Source: Leptospirales bacterium (lineage in GTDB: Bacteria; Spirochaetota; Leptospiria; Turneriellales; JAOUFE01). Taken from it: a stretch of 64,000 bases of DNA. Position 1 is the stretch's first letter. Every line of letters starts with the position of its first letter. Of the stretch, positions 47,601 to 56,900 are shown in pieces. Where the stretch lies: assembly GCA_040326155.1 (NCBI GenBank), contig JBEQLE010000016.1:1-64000 (forward strand), given 5' to 3'. The translations under genes and the position numbers were made by a program. The notes beneath the pieces were generated by a model. It was not told the DNA's origin. It did not search any database and saw nothing but the letters and a program-made list of their open reading frames with translations.

Positions 47601-49358
47601 TTGATCTCGAAATTTACCATCTTTAGAAAGGTCATTTGTACCATTTGAATTCATGGCTTGCGCGGGGGAATAATCGCTTCTATAAAGATTTTCAAAATTG
47701 TGTCCGAATTTAATAAAGCTAAAAGCGCCGCCGGTATTGGTCATGAATATCCAGTAACCGGTCTCTTCATCGTATAAAACAACGTCAGATATTCCGTTGC
47801 CATCAAAATCTCCGGTAAACCACTCAGCCCGAAAAATATCTACGTCACTGATGGTTAGTTTACCATACATTTTGAATGTGAAATGATCTCCCTGACTCTC
47901 TGCTACCCAGAACTCTTTTTCCTTTGGCAGGTAAAATGCAATATCAGATTTTCCGTTGCCGTCATAGTCGCCCGTGACATTGCCTTTAAACCACTGAATT
48001 TCGTCTTCCGAATCATAGCCCGCAAAACCATTTGCGTAAGTTCTAAAAAGACGGGCACCGGTGTGTTCTGACTCTACGACTTTCCAATCGCCGGTTTCGG
48101 GATTAAAAAAAATCATATCTGAAATTCCGTCGCCGTCGACATCGCCTTCAAAATATTTCGTTACATCCGGATTTGTCTCTGGATCTGAAGCAAACACATT
48201 GGTTACTTTTTGCCAACCCAGATTATGCACGGCAGGTTGGTAATGGAATACCGGTTTAGTGGTATTTTTCGAAGAATGAATAGTCTTTAATAAAGGACGG
48301 TTTGAGTCGGCAGAGATTGTATACTCCATCTGGTAATCCCATAAAATAGTTTCACTAAAAATTCCCCCATCGTCTTTACCCATTTCGATTTTATCGAGAA
48401 GCTTATCCATTTTCATGATAAACCCGGGTCCTTTTGATATGTAAAAGTCTGTTCTATCTTTTAGATGAAATCTGACAAAAAGTTTGGCCACATCACCTGT
48501 GTTATCATTACCTGTGTAACGAATCTCTTTTAGATATGAAATATGATGCGTCGAATATAATGAGGTATCGTATACGGCATACATCGAGTTACCGTTTTTA
48601 TCGATGGTTTTAGAGAATTGCCATGTGTATGTTTTGTTTACATTGTCGGGTCGGTAAATTCTCTCCTCCCGGGTGGCTCCGAAAATAGATTTTCTTCCAC
48701 TTGAATCCTCGACTGTCCAAATTCCACCGGTGTTTGCGTCTGTTAAAGTAAGTCTTGTAAAAGAGCCGTCTTCGATTTCGGGTCGATACTCTCCATTTTC
48801 GGAATTCAATTCTCCCGAAACTTTAACCAGGCGTTTTCCGCCCCAGGAAAACGTATCGCGGTGGTCATAATACAATTCCCCATTTCGGGTGGTTCTTGAT
48901 ACCGCTCCCATACCCAAAGCCCAGCCAATACCTACCCAGCCATCGCCACCCGAAGAAGTATACCCAAGGGAGATCTGTGGCATAACACCCGCTCGCCCCG
49001 GAGGTAGTTCCAGTTTGTAGTTAAAGGAAATCGCTCCATAGTTGGAAATCTGTGGAGGGGCGATAAAATCCGCGCCGGACAAAGGGTCGGCTTTTTCACC
49101 GGGATCAAAAAGTTTTTGACTGAAGTTCGTTGAGCCCGAAAGCGCGTCATTTCCACTCGGCGCTTCGGCAGCAAGGGTGGGGTCGGCTAAATCAACTTCA
49201 ATATTGCTGCTACCGATAAAACATGCATTGGAAAAAATAGATACCCCGGATATGATTATGATATATAAAATATTTCTAAAAAACGAGTTAGCTTCATTTT
49301 GACTGTATTGTTTATTATTTCGATTATTGTCGTTCATATGATTACCGTGACCTTTCAA
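41679..49358 (-). CDS. SpvB/FG-GAP/YD-RHS repeat toxin (TcB-TcC fusion-like) with a possible lipoprotein signal and a C-terminal permuted papain-like domain
   Basis: GAISFNYKLELPPGRAGVMPQISLGYTS..G.GWVGIGW (SpvB); about eight GD(F/Y)(D/N)G(D/N)G.SD repeats; YD repeats; LYFFNARHYDPEIARF and NRYMYVGGNPISYKDPTG core; hydrophobic stretch ending SNAC. Confidence 0.93.
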   Translation of the reverse strand: MKGHGNHMNDNNRNNKQYSQNEANSFFRNILYIIIISGVSIFSNACFIGSSNIEVDLADPTLAAEAPSGNDALSGSTNFSQKLFDPGEKADPLSGADFIAPPQISNYGAISFNYKLELPPGRAGVMPQISLGYTSSGGDGWVGIGWALGMGAVSRTTRNGELYYDHRDTFSWGGKRLVKVSGELNSENGEYRPEIEDGSFTRLTLTDANTGGIWTVEDSSGRKSIFGATREERIYRPDNVNKTYTWQFSKTIDKNGNSMYAVYDTSLYSTHHISYLKEIRYTGNDNTGDVAKLFVRFHLKDRTDFYISKGPGFIMKMDKLLDKIEMGKDDGGIFSETILWDYQMEYTISADSNRPLLKTIHSSKNTTKPVFHYQPAVHNLGWQKVTNVFASDPETNPDVTKYFEGDVDGDGISDMIFFNPETGDWKVVESEHTGARLFRTYANGFAGYDSEDEIQWFKGNVTGDYDGNGKSDIAFYLPKEKEFWVAESQGDHFTFKMYGKLTISDVDIFRAEWFTGDFDGNGISDVVLYDEETGYWIFMTNTGGAFSFIKFGHNFENLYRSDYSPAQAMNSNGTNDLSKDGKFRDQIHWLGGDYNGDGRSDIAMYDARDGKWWVAENLRDDALGFRLQWRLYQTFNAPGRTLFSHQRFSGDFNADGYSDFLLFDRDKLEWILGEVKNDIFGNATINFVIWSAIPEQRDITRWLQGDFNGDGRTDIGFYSQTDNNFWIGEATPDGFRYRIYGNLSDGGPDPARVLATPTPEEDIELRKAEILLAQAGVTRQLTYEYDGNSDKDHGEIVFTGCFIGPCTTDPELLIYDKFSKKFSIKQGNANVVDTGVLFDYNKEPNKFITQQKPYLNAVTSLHEIIIYELGAASHNFYRIYHNGSAVVKTLFASIAITNGSVTNFDIQKSLYLINDFNLDGAADVMVLDDQNSGNLFLYSNETETALTVAATGIPEFPDLKNLFRAQDTGDDRDTRNYFQFFSGDFDTDAATTELLFVDMRLSPQNWYLLNSNLLLNTASIQALTGTVSIPDVGSEVSYEELKRTINLTGAGVSMGASELLYYTTGSGVITFHRLEVDSVQNTIALVDYSALPKGSNFRWEFNHENKPIISTETGPKFMAFGASGLSYSLEVHDLTAANYPVYEMPRSDLYTKVYPFQWIQGDYNGDSKTDIGIFHLKESQWYFAMTQGTVPDMIQKVENGIGGFYKFDYANSTSFDNTGIDNIPDLPMNYKVCIKQTINDGLGKILYNKYEYKDGFSWVAYINGRKESDAFGFSTFITTDPTGSKTINTYNTTPYANFLLNRALGGALKETRFVGYDSKEYSKTQTDYLVHEIQPSPGITSYLVYPSETRKYIRGTLTNTGTKNIQFSLSEYRLIQSTESSTDHYTDSAHATSTITSLSNFEYVLATNQQRPTSQVINVATPFELTTSITYDAAGNPIEQSTSNTGTGLPTVSDKLVKMEYDVYGNVTAWEDASQNPAIRTETQFDTSYHQFPILSRQNTGSMNLDSTVTYIFDGSGFGKPLQSTDPNGNSKYFEVDSYGRVIRIKSDTDSGVQTVTDNEYSLPAAFFEAGEFPLSAKTTHYTGNSTSIQSRMWKDGVGRHVQTVQSALDGVAGKQFIRTGYTVYDALGRVIRKSQPSWAPDREIDIFVEYATEKNPTKTEYDASGRVKKVISPPAYVGEPETSVTISYNDPYESTSTHSNGQSKTLTKNRRQQLLYVKEFNINDATVTTQMGFCYDGVNKAPTYRQDLNGSSINCPSEFSIQTVPSAKDSSGNNASYTLFDAYGQVREANDPDFGKSTTEYNAFGQMTLTQDAKGQTFQFAYDLLGRITTKTLPGGSTVTYAYDTLTGSSNAKGQLVAMVDAAQRKIFSYNKRGQRKSESRQLVTVTTNETGYDPAVTTKFVYDLAGRTEKIVYPTDTATGQQTTVCYGYNSFGLASSVDVSFSNDCNSIDKTIISTMEYDEFGAVTKVDMGNGISTAYTYDIRGRATRLITSATVNGKSVKHQDIQYTYNVNSSIANVVNNPTAEDAGGAIVPAFESRYEYTYDGLNRLVEAKGSYGETGFVNSDPLDIGNQKYNRTYAYAKNGNLTQKNILDPETQAVTDGWSYTYSNHRVQSINTTNTGGQRFNFTYDANGNTTTKTDSQKSLTKTMVYDHSNRITKVKDQTGKVMGKYKFDDQGVRVRKMVDKYIGGEDRKVVMSTHSQYFVTEKLQTLDGYDVPGTDIAINNIYLNGVRIASMKSNGEAAYYLANHVDSVKIVTDDTGASVSRTEYLPYGETFAQTGPIRFAAKYNGQALDEESDLYFFNARHYDPEIARFVTADTVTDGPETTKGWNRYMYVGGNPISYKDPTGHNVVVLHADDGAGYMGHIAMLVQDRTNGQWIYYSHEIVDGPKTGSGVPSGSSEGTDKNYSGIAFESPEHFFEYQAKSVERRNNLEQTLKEKGTLTKQQQEIYERLKTFTYHNEDDGATARYNEGMEFETTSGQDDYMRHLAKNKMKNYDLVKFNCKDYVQEIINMAGKVPTTDVGIPDSWYSLNKSLLKNRIINIFKANDFGANTVSE

Positions 49359-49391
49359 GTATTTATTTCTCTTATTTATCGTCTCTTTATC

Positions 49392-49420
49392 TCCCGCAAC
49401 GGTTTATAGCCTTTGCGGGA
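49392..49420. terminator. Intergenic stem-loop between the lipoprotein and RHS genes
   Basis: tcccgcaa ... ttgcggga inverted repeat. No clear U-tract on the minus strand, so it may be a stability or attenuation element. Confidence 0.4.
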
Positions 49421-49438
49421 AAATCTTTTTGGATACCA

Positions 49439-52400
49439 TTAGTAAAGTAACCTGCTTTTGATTACATAGGTTCTTTCTATCAAAGGAGATACGAAAAAAT
49501 TATTCATACCGTATGTCAGAGGCAGTATTGTGTTTGTATTTATATTAAACCTCTGACCCATCAAGTTGTATGTTGATCCTCCGTTAAAATCTTGCCAGAA
49601 GATCATTCCGAAAGTTCCGTTATAAGTTATTCCCGGAAAATAAGCATCGGAACTTGTCAATTTCCCAAGCGAAAAGTCTGACTTATCTACGGTAGCTTCA
49701 GTTGCAAGATCAATGATTTGGCCGCGCATCTCGCCTGTACCAATTGATTTCCATGCAATCAACGCCTGGGTCGAGTTAAGCGCAATTCTCGGATAAGACT
49801 GCTCGCCGGTAAGAACCGTATTCACGGGAATAATCGCGGACATCGTACCGTCCATATTGACAATTCTGGCCTTGATATTAAAATCGCCAGTCTCATCCGT
49901 TCTCCAGGAAACGATGGCCTTATCGCCGACAATTTGAACATCTTTATGGTTTTGAATAATTGCATTGTCTTTATCAATATCGAAAGAAGCGCCGCATGTG
50001 GGTGTTGCGCTCAAACTGATAATATTTCCCATTAAATTCCAGTTTGGTGAAATGCCGCCCCGTATTAACAAAAGCGCTTTCGTGCCATCGTCACTTATTT
50101 CCACTTTCGGCGAATCCTGAGTGCCGCTGGCAGTGATACAAGAAGTTGCGGTAATAGTATAAACGAACGGATTTACATCACCCACTCGAAACCAGATATC
50201 CCAATTCCCGGCAGAAATTTCACGAGCATATGTAAACACTATTTTACCATTTTTAATAGCTACATTCGGCATTTTCATATCATCATTTGAATTCGAATTG
50301 ATATTTACACTGGCATCATAACCGGCTCCGGTGATTGTTTCAGAAAATGAAAACAGACGCAATTTCATATCCCTGTTCGTACCATTGTCTTGTGTATAAC
50401 CCACCCCGACAATATCTCCCTCCGAGTCAATAGCCGGACTTAACTGGTTGTTTGTAAGATTCGTGTTGACGGTGATCTCTGAGTGAGCCGCTACTGTCGG
50501 AGGATTCTGGGTTAAATCCAGAATACGACCTTTAATATCGTAATCTCCCGTAGCATTGGATTCCCATGCGACAAATGCATTATCTCCCGAAACAGTAACT
50601 ACCGCATTCAATTGACTGGCGGTAGTGGTTTCGTTAATTAGAAATTCATCCGTTAAAGGAAGACCGGTATTTGTATCATAAACTCTACCTCGAATATCCG
50701 TATCGCTACCTGAAACCAGAGATTGCCAGACAATCAATGATCTACCGTTATCGGAATCGGTTTGTATATTTTCTTGCTCGTTGTTCGTAACTCCGGATAC
50801 CTGAAAATTCTCCAGATTAATCTCAATATTCATAGAACTTCCGCTTGAGGGAACTTGAACCATCGGGTTTAAGCTCGATGTTAAAAAAGTGTCGGCTTTT
50901 GATGAATCACTCCAGATGTTATCAGACCCTCCGGCGCCTATCCAGTTGGCAATCACTGGACTGACCGAGTACCCCTGGCAGCCCGGTGAGAGAAGACTTA
51001 AAGAGTCCAACCCATAAGAACACCCCGTAATAGCAGAAACATAAAGCTGCGTGGAAAAATTGGGAGTTAGTCCCGTAGGTTGATTTGACGCTTCAGCATT
51101 CCAATCTGTGGTAAAATTTGTGTCTTCAGTTATGGCTATAGCTGAGGCGGTTAACCCTGCATTGATAGAGGCCACCGCCCCTTTGGGGTAATCTGCCGTT
51201 AAAGTGCTTAGCAACGTAATCGTGTGCAAACTAACCTCCGGTTGTATTACGGAAACATAGTAAACATCTGCACTAATATTCGCGAGAATATTCGTAAATC
51301 CCGTGCCCGAGATCAAAACATCTATGGCAGAATCGGGAAGTACATAAATTACGGTATCGCCCTCTGCTACCGCTTTATACAACGTGCCGTTAAAAGAGCC
51401 AACAGTAATTGACACATCAGCATTATAGGCTCCAGTTGTCTGGGTCAGTAAATTCAATTCATAAACACGCGGGGTATGCGAAACCGCAGAAATGGTATAA
51501 GAAGTCGAGTCAATCTGAATCGTTGTACCGGCTTCGGATGTTCCCGTTAAAATATCCCCGCTTGCGTTTGCAATCTCAACGGAACTATCGCCGATAAGCA
51601 TTTTTTGAAATAGAGATCCCTCGAAACGATTCACGTCGGCATACCCTTTAGGCCATATACTCTCTCTGTAGGCATTGTGAGGCGTTGGCCGAAGGTGAAT
51701 GCTGACAATTTCATCGGCGCCTACCCCTGTAAGAGAGGTTGGAATTTCAACGCAAACCGTAAAAACCTGGTTTAAAAAATCCCAGGATTGCCCACAGTTA
51801 ATTACCCCATCACTCAGGTTATTTGAATCGGTCTTTGTGGCTGAAACAGTACGTAAAATATTGTACCAGTCTTCTCGTGTTCCACCGGTATCAAAGTTCA
51901 CCTGAAAATCAAATGTCTCATCAATTCCCAGTAGTGTGGTATTATCTTGTTGCAAATTATAGGTAAACGTATCGAAAAGAGTATAAGTAGCTTTATTTAC
52001 TGCTTGACCAAAATCAGGATTAAGAGCCCATGTATCGCTGATCTTAATTTGTATTTCAAGTTGTTCACCAAGGGCCGCCTGACCCATATAAACTGAATTT
52101 ACGTTCGGGTAATACGGATCTGCGCCATAGGTGTCTTGATTCCAACGCGTGTTAAATACAACTGATGCATTAGTCTCAAGCGGATTTGTGCCATACTCTC
52201 CAGTTCGTCCTATTACATCTGCTACAGACAAATAGACAATATCATAATTATCTCCAGCCCATACCAATGAGTCCACTCCTTCGAGCATAGGAATGCTACC
52301 GTCAAAATATACCGGGTCACCCGCTGAGTCGAGTACCGGTCGAAGGTTTTGAAAATATTTCCCCTTGCCGAATATTGTCCAGATACCAAATTCTCCTTGC

Positions 52401-53944
52401 TCGGCAGGAGTTAGATCACTGAATCGTACGAGACAAGCTTTTACAAGACTCCCGTTAATATCGTCTCCTTCAACATAGGTGTGACATGGAAAATTATTTT
52501 GAATACCGTCAATTGACTTCAGTGTATGAGTATAACCAATTTTGAAATCATCTTCCAGCAGGGTGCCGGTAAAATCAAAAATATAATGTTCAAATTCTAT
52601 ATTAAAGCCGGAACAACCTATCCTTTTTATGGCCTTTTCAAGAGAGATTCCCGGTGTTGCCGTTGACGGAGCTGTAGGTAAAGAACAGGGAGCAGCGGAA
52701 TTTTCTGTATCTACTCCGAAAGCGGAGACACGAAATAGCTCACGTATACCGGGCCCAATTAATTTAATAAGTGAAGTACGTCCTTTGGCGTTTTCTTCAA
52801 ATATTTTTAAATTATTGCCTGAATAAGAAGAACTAAGCGCCGCCTTATAATTGGAGTCGCTCACATGGGTCATGGTGTAGTCTACAATAAATATCTTTGG
52901 CGTATAACCCATATTGATTGCTTTTTGAATATCAACCGTATTCAGATTATCAAGTTCAATCACGTAGGGACCAAATTCCGACCCCCCATACACTTCCACA
53001 CTGAACACGGAATAATCCGCATTTTTCAATGTAAAAGACTGAACCGGAATCAGTTCACCGGTAGAAGTTTCAAATAACAAGGAGCAAAGAATATTACTCA
53101 TTTTTACCGGTAAATTTATCGAGTGGTTTTTTATAGAAAGCGCAACCCTGATTTTACCCGCGTTTGATTCTACCGTCGAAGTCGAGTCCACTTTCGATTT
53201 CTTTTCCTTTCGGTAAATGCGAGCGATATCTCGAGACGCATCGCTTTTAACCGACGTAGCCTTTCTATCAATGTTATTTTTAAAAGGTTTGTTTACAAAC
53301 TTGTCGGTCGTCGTAGCATTGTAGCTGCTTATTCCGACACTGAAACCCGCAGCGGGTGCGCCCTCGACCTTGGTCTCTTTATCCATATTGACACCAGCAT
53401 TCATGTTGAAATCAAAACTATTCTCGCTTGATTCGGTATACTGAACGGTTTTTTCATTTACTTCATTTTGATGAAACTTCTCCGATCCTTTGTCCCTTCG
53501 ACTTTCAAAGTCCTCCGATGCAATATTCGAAACAATATTATTTTTCTGACCATTTTTGTCTTTTAATATCTCAATTTGCATTGTAACCGGCGGAGCTACC
53601 GAAGCTTCAATCATGGGATAATCGGCTACCCAGAAATTACTGACCAGTTCTTTGGAATTAATAATTCCATCTCCATCGTAATCGTCAGTTAACGTCGTTC
53701 CGGTCGGATCAATAATACCCAACTTGCTCATTGGCGCATATTCACCAGGCAATAAACTGAACAAGTCGTGTAAGGGAACATCTTCGGGAACATCAGAACA
53801 TCCCACTTCTCCATTTATACAAGGATCGGTCTCATCTCCTGTTGTTCCGATTAAAGTAACAGTCAGTTGAGCATGCCCGCCGCATTGCAGCGAGTAGAGA
53901 CCAACAAACAAAATCAGAAAAAATCTAGTAAGTTTATTTTTCAT
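49439..53944 (-). CDS. Large lipoprotein (LIC12048-like) with a binary-toxin-B/protective-antigen-like N-terminal region and a C-terminal propeller-like repeat region
   Basis: Signal ends YSLQC; DDYDGDGIINSKE, VADYPMIE, NAGKIRVALSIKN, RTSLIKLIG, PGISLEKAIK; repeats of F.IN..T...Q..P.......V.W.S.....I.GR. Confidence 0.75.
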   Translation of the reverse strand: MKNKLTRFFLILFVGLYSLQCGGHAQLTVTLIGTTGDETDPCINGEVGCSDVPEDVPLHDLFSLLPGEYAPMSKLGIIDPTGTTLTDDYDGDGIINSKELVSNFWVADYPMIEASVAPPVTMQIEILKDKNGQKNNIVSNIASEDFESRRDKGSEKFHQNEVNEKTVQYTESSENSFDFNMNAGVNMDKETKVEGAPAAGFSVGISSYNATTTDKFVNKPFKNNIDRKATSVKSDASRDIARIYRKEKKSKVDSTSTVESNAGKIRVALSIKNHSINLPVKMSNILCSLLFETSTGELIPVQSFTLKNADYSVFSVEVYGGSEFGPYVIELDNLNTVDIQKAINMGYTPKIFIVDYTMTHVSDSNYKAALSSSYSGNNLKIFEENAKGRTSLIKLIGPGIRELFRVSAFGVDTENSAAPCSLPTAPSTATPGISLEKAIKRIGCSGFNIEFEHYIFDFTGTLLEDDFKIGYTHTLKSIDGIQNNFPCHTYVEGDDINGSLVKACLVRFSDLTPAEQGEFGIWTIFGKGKYFQNLRPVLDSAGDPVYFDGSIPMLEGVDSLVWAGDNYDIVYLSVADVIGRTGEYGTNPLETNASVVFNTRWNQDTYGADPYYPNVNSVYMGQAALGEQLEIQIKISDTWALNPDFGQAVNKATYTLFDTFTYNLQQDNTTLLGIDETFDFQVNFDTGGTREDWYNILRTVSATKTDSNNLSDGVINCGQSWDFLNQVFTVCVEIPTSLTGVGADEIVSIHLRPTPHNAYRESIWPKGYADVNRFEGSLFQKMLIGDSSVEIANASGDILTGTSEAGTTIQIDSTSYTISAVSHTPRVYELNLLTQTTGAYNADVSITVGSFNGTLYKAVAEGDTVIYVLPDSAIDVLISGTGFTNILANISADVYYVSVIQPEVSLHTITLLSTLTADYPKGAVASINAGLTASAIAITEDTNFTTDWNAEASNQPTGLTPNFSTQLYVSAITGCSYGLDSLSLLSPGCQGYSVSPVIANWIGAGGSDNIWSDSSKADTFLTSSLNPMVQVPSSGSSMNIEINLENFQVSGVTNNEQENIQTDSDNGRSLIVWQSLVSGSDTDIRGRVYDTNTGLPLTDEFLINETTTASQLNAVVTVSGDNAFVAWESNATGDYDIKGRILDLTQNPPTVAAHSEITVNTNLTNNQLSPAIDSEGDIVGVGYTQDNGTNRDMKLRLFSFSETITGAGYDASVNINSNSNDDMKMPNVAIKNGKIVFTYAREISAGNWDIWFRVGDVNPFVYTITATSCITASGTQDSPKVEISDDGTKALLLIRGGISPNWNLMGNIISLSATPTCGASFDIDKDNAIIQNHKDVQIVGDKAIVSWRTDETGDFNIKARIVNMDGTMSAIIPVNTVLTGEQSYPRIALNSTQALIAWKSIGTGEMRGQIIDLATEATVDKSDFSLGKLTSSDAYFPGITYNGTFGMIFWQDFNGGSTYNLMGQRFNINTNTILPLTYGMNNFFVSPLIERTYVIKSRLLY

Positions 53945-53961
53945 TTTGCTACCCTTCCTTT

Positions 53962-56900
53962 TTAGAACAATAAGCGAACTCGAACCGAGTAAGTGCGTTC
54001 AAGAAGCGGCGAAACAAAGAAATTATTCATACCGTATGGCAGAGGAAATAACGTCTGCTCGACAAGTCTCTGGGAAAATAATCCATCGTTATTTGCCCAA
54101 ACTGCAACAACTGTGCTGCCATTTGTAATCAGCTTTGCAGTGTTCGGATTAATATGATTTCCGTTGGTATCCGCCCAGTAAGCGGATGTATAGATGTGAT
54201 CTGAAATAAGCAGATCGGTTTTCGTAATTCGACTATTGTTTTTCAAGTCAATGACCTGGGTACGGTATGACCAACCGGTAGGTTCGACGCTGGTCCATAC
54301 AACATAAGCCGTATCGTTAACAATACCAATATTGGGAAGCGATTGATCACCTGCCGTATGCGTACTAAAAAACAGATCAGAACCGCCCTTGAGTACACGG
54401 TTTGCTATATCAATCGTCCGGCATTTTACATCTGCGTCTACGCTATTTTCGTGGCGCCAACAAGCCAGACCATAATTGGTCCCAAGCTTGATACGATGAC
54501 GTCGTTGCTCATTCGCCGTCGAATTGTGCAGTAAAAAATCGCTACCAACGCTAACTTCATTTGCTAAATCGATAAATATCCCACGAACATTTATGTCGTT
54601 TAAGACCAGATCATCCGAACTCCAAATCACTACGGCCGTATTGCCCGATGCCGACACCGTAGGCCTTATTTGATCATTCGTGGTTGATGAACTGACCATG
54701 ATCTCAGATGCCAACATTGTTTCAGTGTCGAGATTAAGAAATTGCCCTCTAATATCATAGTTTCCACCACTATCATCGTGCCAGACCAGAAAAACTTTAT
54801 TCGTATCGTATTGCACTCCCTCAATGCGGGCCTGATTAGAGGGTGTCAGGGTATTAATAACAAAATCAGAAACATTCGATCCGAAATTACCAGCGGTCGG
54901 TAACTGCGTAACCATATCATAAACACGCCCATGCAGGTCGTATGATAATCCGCCATTTAACAATCTATCCCAGGCAACCAACGCTTTGTTCGACGGAGTT
55001 ATAAAAACTCTGGCTCTCCTCTTATCGTTCGTTCCGCTGGAGCTGACGATAAAATCCGAATTTGATGCGGCCGGATTTGTAAGGTCAACAAAACGGCCAC
55101 GAATTTCGATGGCGGTTTCCGAGCTTTCCCAGACTATAAAGGCGACATCATTTTGAATCGCGACATAAGGTTTTAATTGATCGCCTGCCGTTGTGGTGCT
55201 GATCGCAAACTTTGAACCAACGCTCGCCCCGGTTTGGGGGTCAATTACCAGTCCTACGATATCACGGTCTGTGCCATTTGATTCGGCCCAGACCGTAACC
55301 ACGTTTCCATTCCAGTTTGCCATTTCGGGCGACAGGGAAACTTCTGTGGAATGGGTATCATTAACCGGTAGAGGCACTGTTTTTGTATTCGTACTCGAAT
55401 TCGCCATGGCTCTGGGTTGCCATATTGTTGATAAATAAGTATCGTAGTTGGAAACATCGTTCCAACTGTTTTCAAACCCTCCGGCGCCAATATAATTAGC
55501 GATAAGAGGTGAAACCGGGTACCCTTGACAAGCTGGAGAAATTATATCCAGATAATCGATACCATAGGAACATGTACCGATCGCCGCATCGTAAAGACGA
55601 GTTGTAAAATCAGGTCGTGTATACGTAAACGCGTTTACCGCATCTGCATTCCAGTCGCTAATAAAGTCGACGTCCTCCACGTATTGAACCTGCCCTGAGG
55701 TAAGGTTAGCCGATACGGAAACTTCCTCGCTTTTAGCATGGTATTCAACCAGGGCGCTTTCCAATGTAATCGTGTGAAAATTGGCAACCAGAGTAGCAGA
55801 GCTGACAAGGTATTGTTGGGCACCGATGGAAGCCGTTTTACCTGCGCCATTTGAAAGAATATCGGTTACCGTATCCGGAACAACCAACAATGTCGTTACT
55901 CCAACCGCTGCGTCTTTCTTCAGTTTCCCGTTAAAAGTCCCCACGGTAATGGGAGCGTCCGTACTATAAGCGACCGTTGTCTGGACTTGAAGGTTAACAG
56001 TGTAAACGCGTTCAAGGTATTCTACAGATGCAATAGTGTAGCCATCGCCACCAACATTTATAGCAGTAGTGGCTTCCGCTGTACCGGTTTGCAAATCTCC
56101 AATGCCACCGTATGTTTCGATCACCGTATCGCCTGCGAGCAAGGGAGTAAATACCTTACCCTGAAAACGATTGACATCAGTATAATCTTTTGGCCAGATA
56201 ATTTCTCGGTAGGCATTATTTGGGGTAGGTCGAAGAAAAACAGCGACGACTTCATCGGCCCCGACACCAACCAGTGACGTGGGGATCTCAATACAAACTT
56301 TAAAAGTCTGCGTTAAAAATGACCAGGATTGCCCGCAATTTAAAACACCATCCGTAAAATTGTTTGAGTCGGTTATCGTGGCGAAATCGGTTCTTGCAAT
56401 ATTGTACCAATGCTCCCTGGTTCCTCCCAGGCCAAATCCAATTTGAAAATCAAAGACCTCTTCGATACTGAAAAGTTTAGATGTTTCAGGTTGCCACACC
56501 GAAGAAAAACCTGTATAACTGGAATATGATGTAAAATCCTCAGGAAGACCAAAGTCCGGCAATAACTTGGATGTATTTGAAAGCTCAATAGTAAATTCGA
56601 TTTGTTCACCGAGACCGGCCTGGCCGAGGTAAGTCGAATTTACATCCGGATAATCCGGATTGTCTCCCATTATACCTCTATCCCATCGAGTATTGATGGG
56701 AAAAGTATCACTGGTTTCAAGTGGATTTGAACCGAACTCTTTTTCGCGACCGAGAACATCAGACATCGATAAAAACACGAGGTCATAATTATCACCGGCC
56801 CAGATAGTAGAGAATAATCCCTCCATCATCGGGATGACACCGTCAAATGTAACAGGATCACCGTTTACGTCTGTAACTTGCCGGCCCATATCAAAATATT

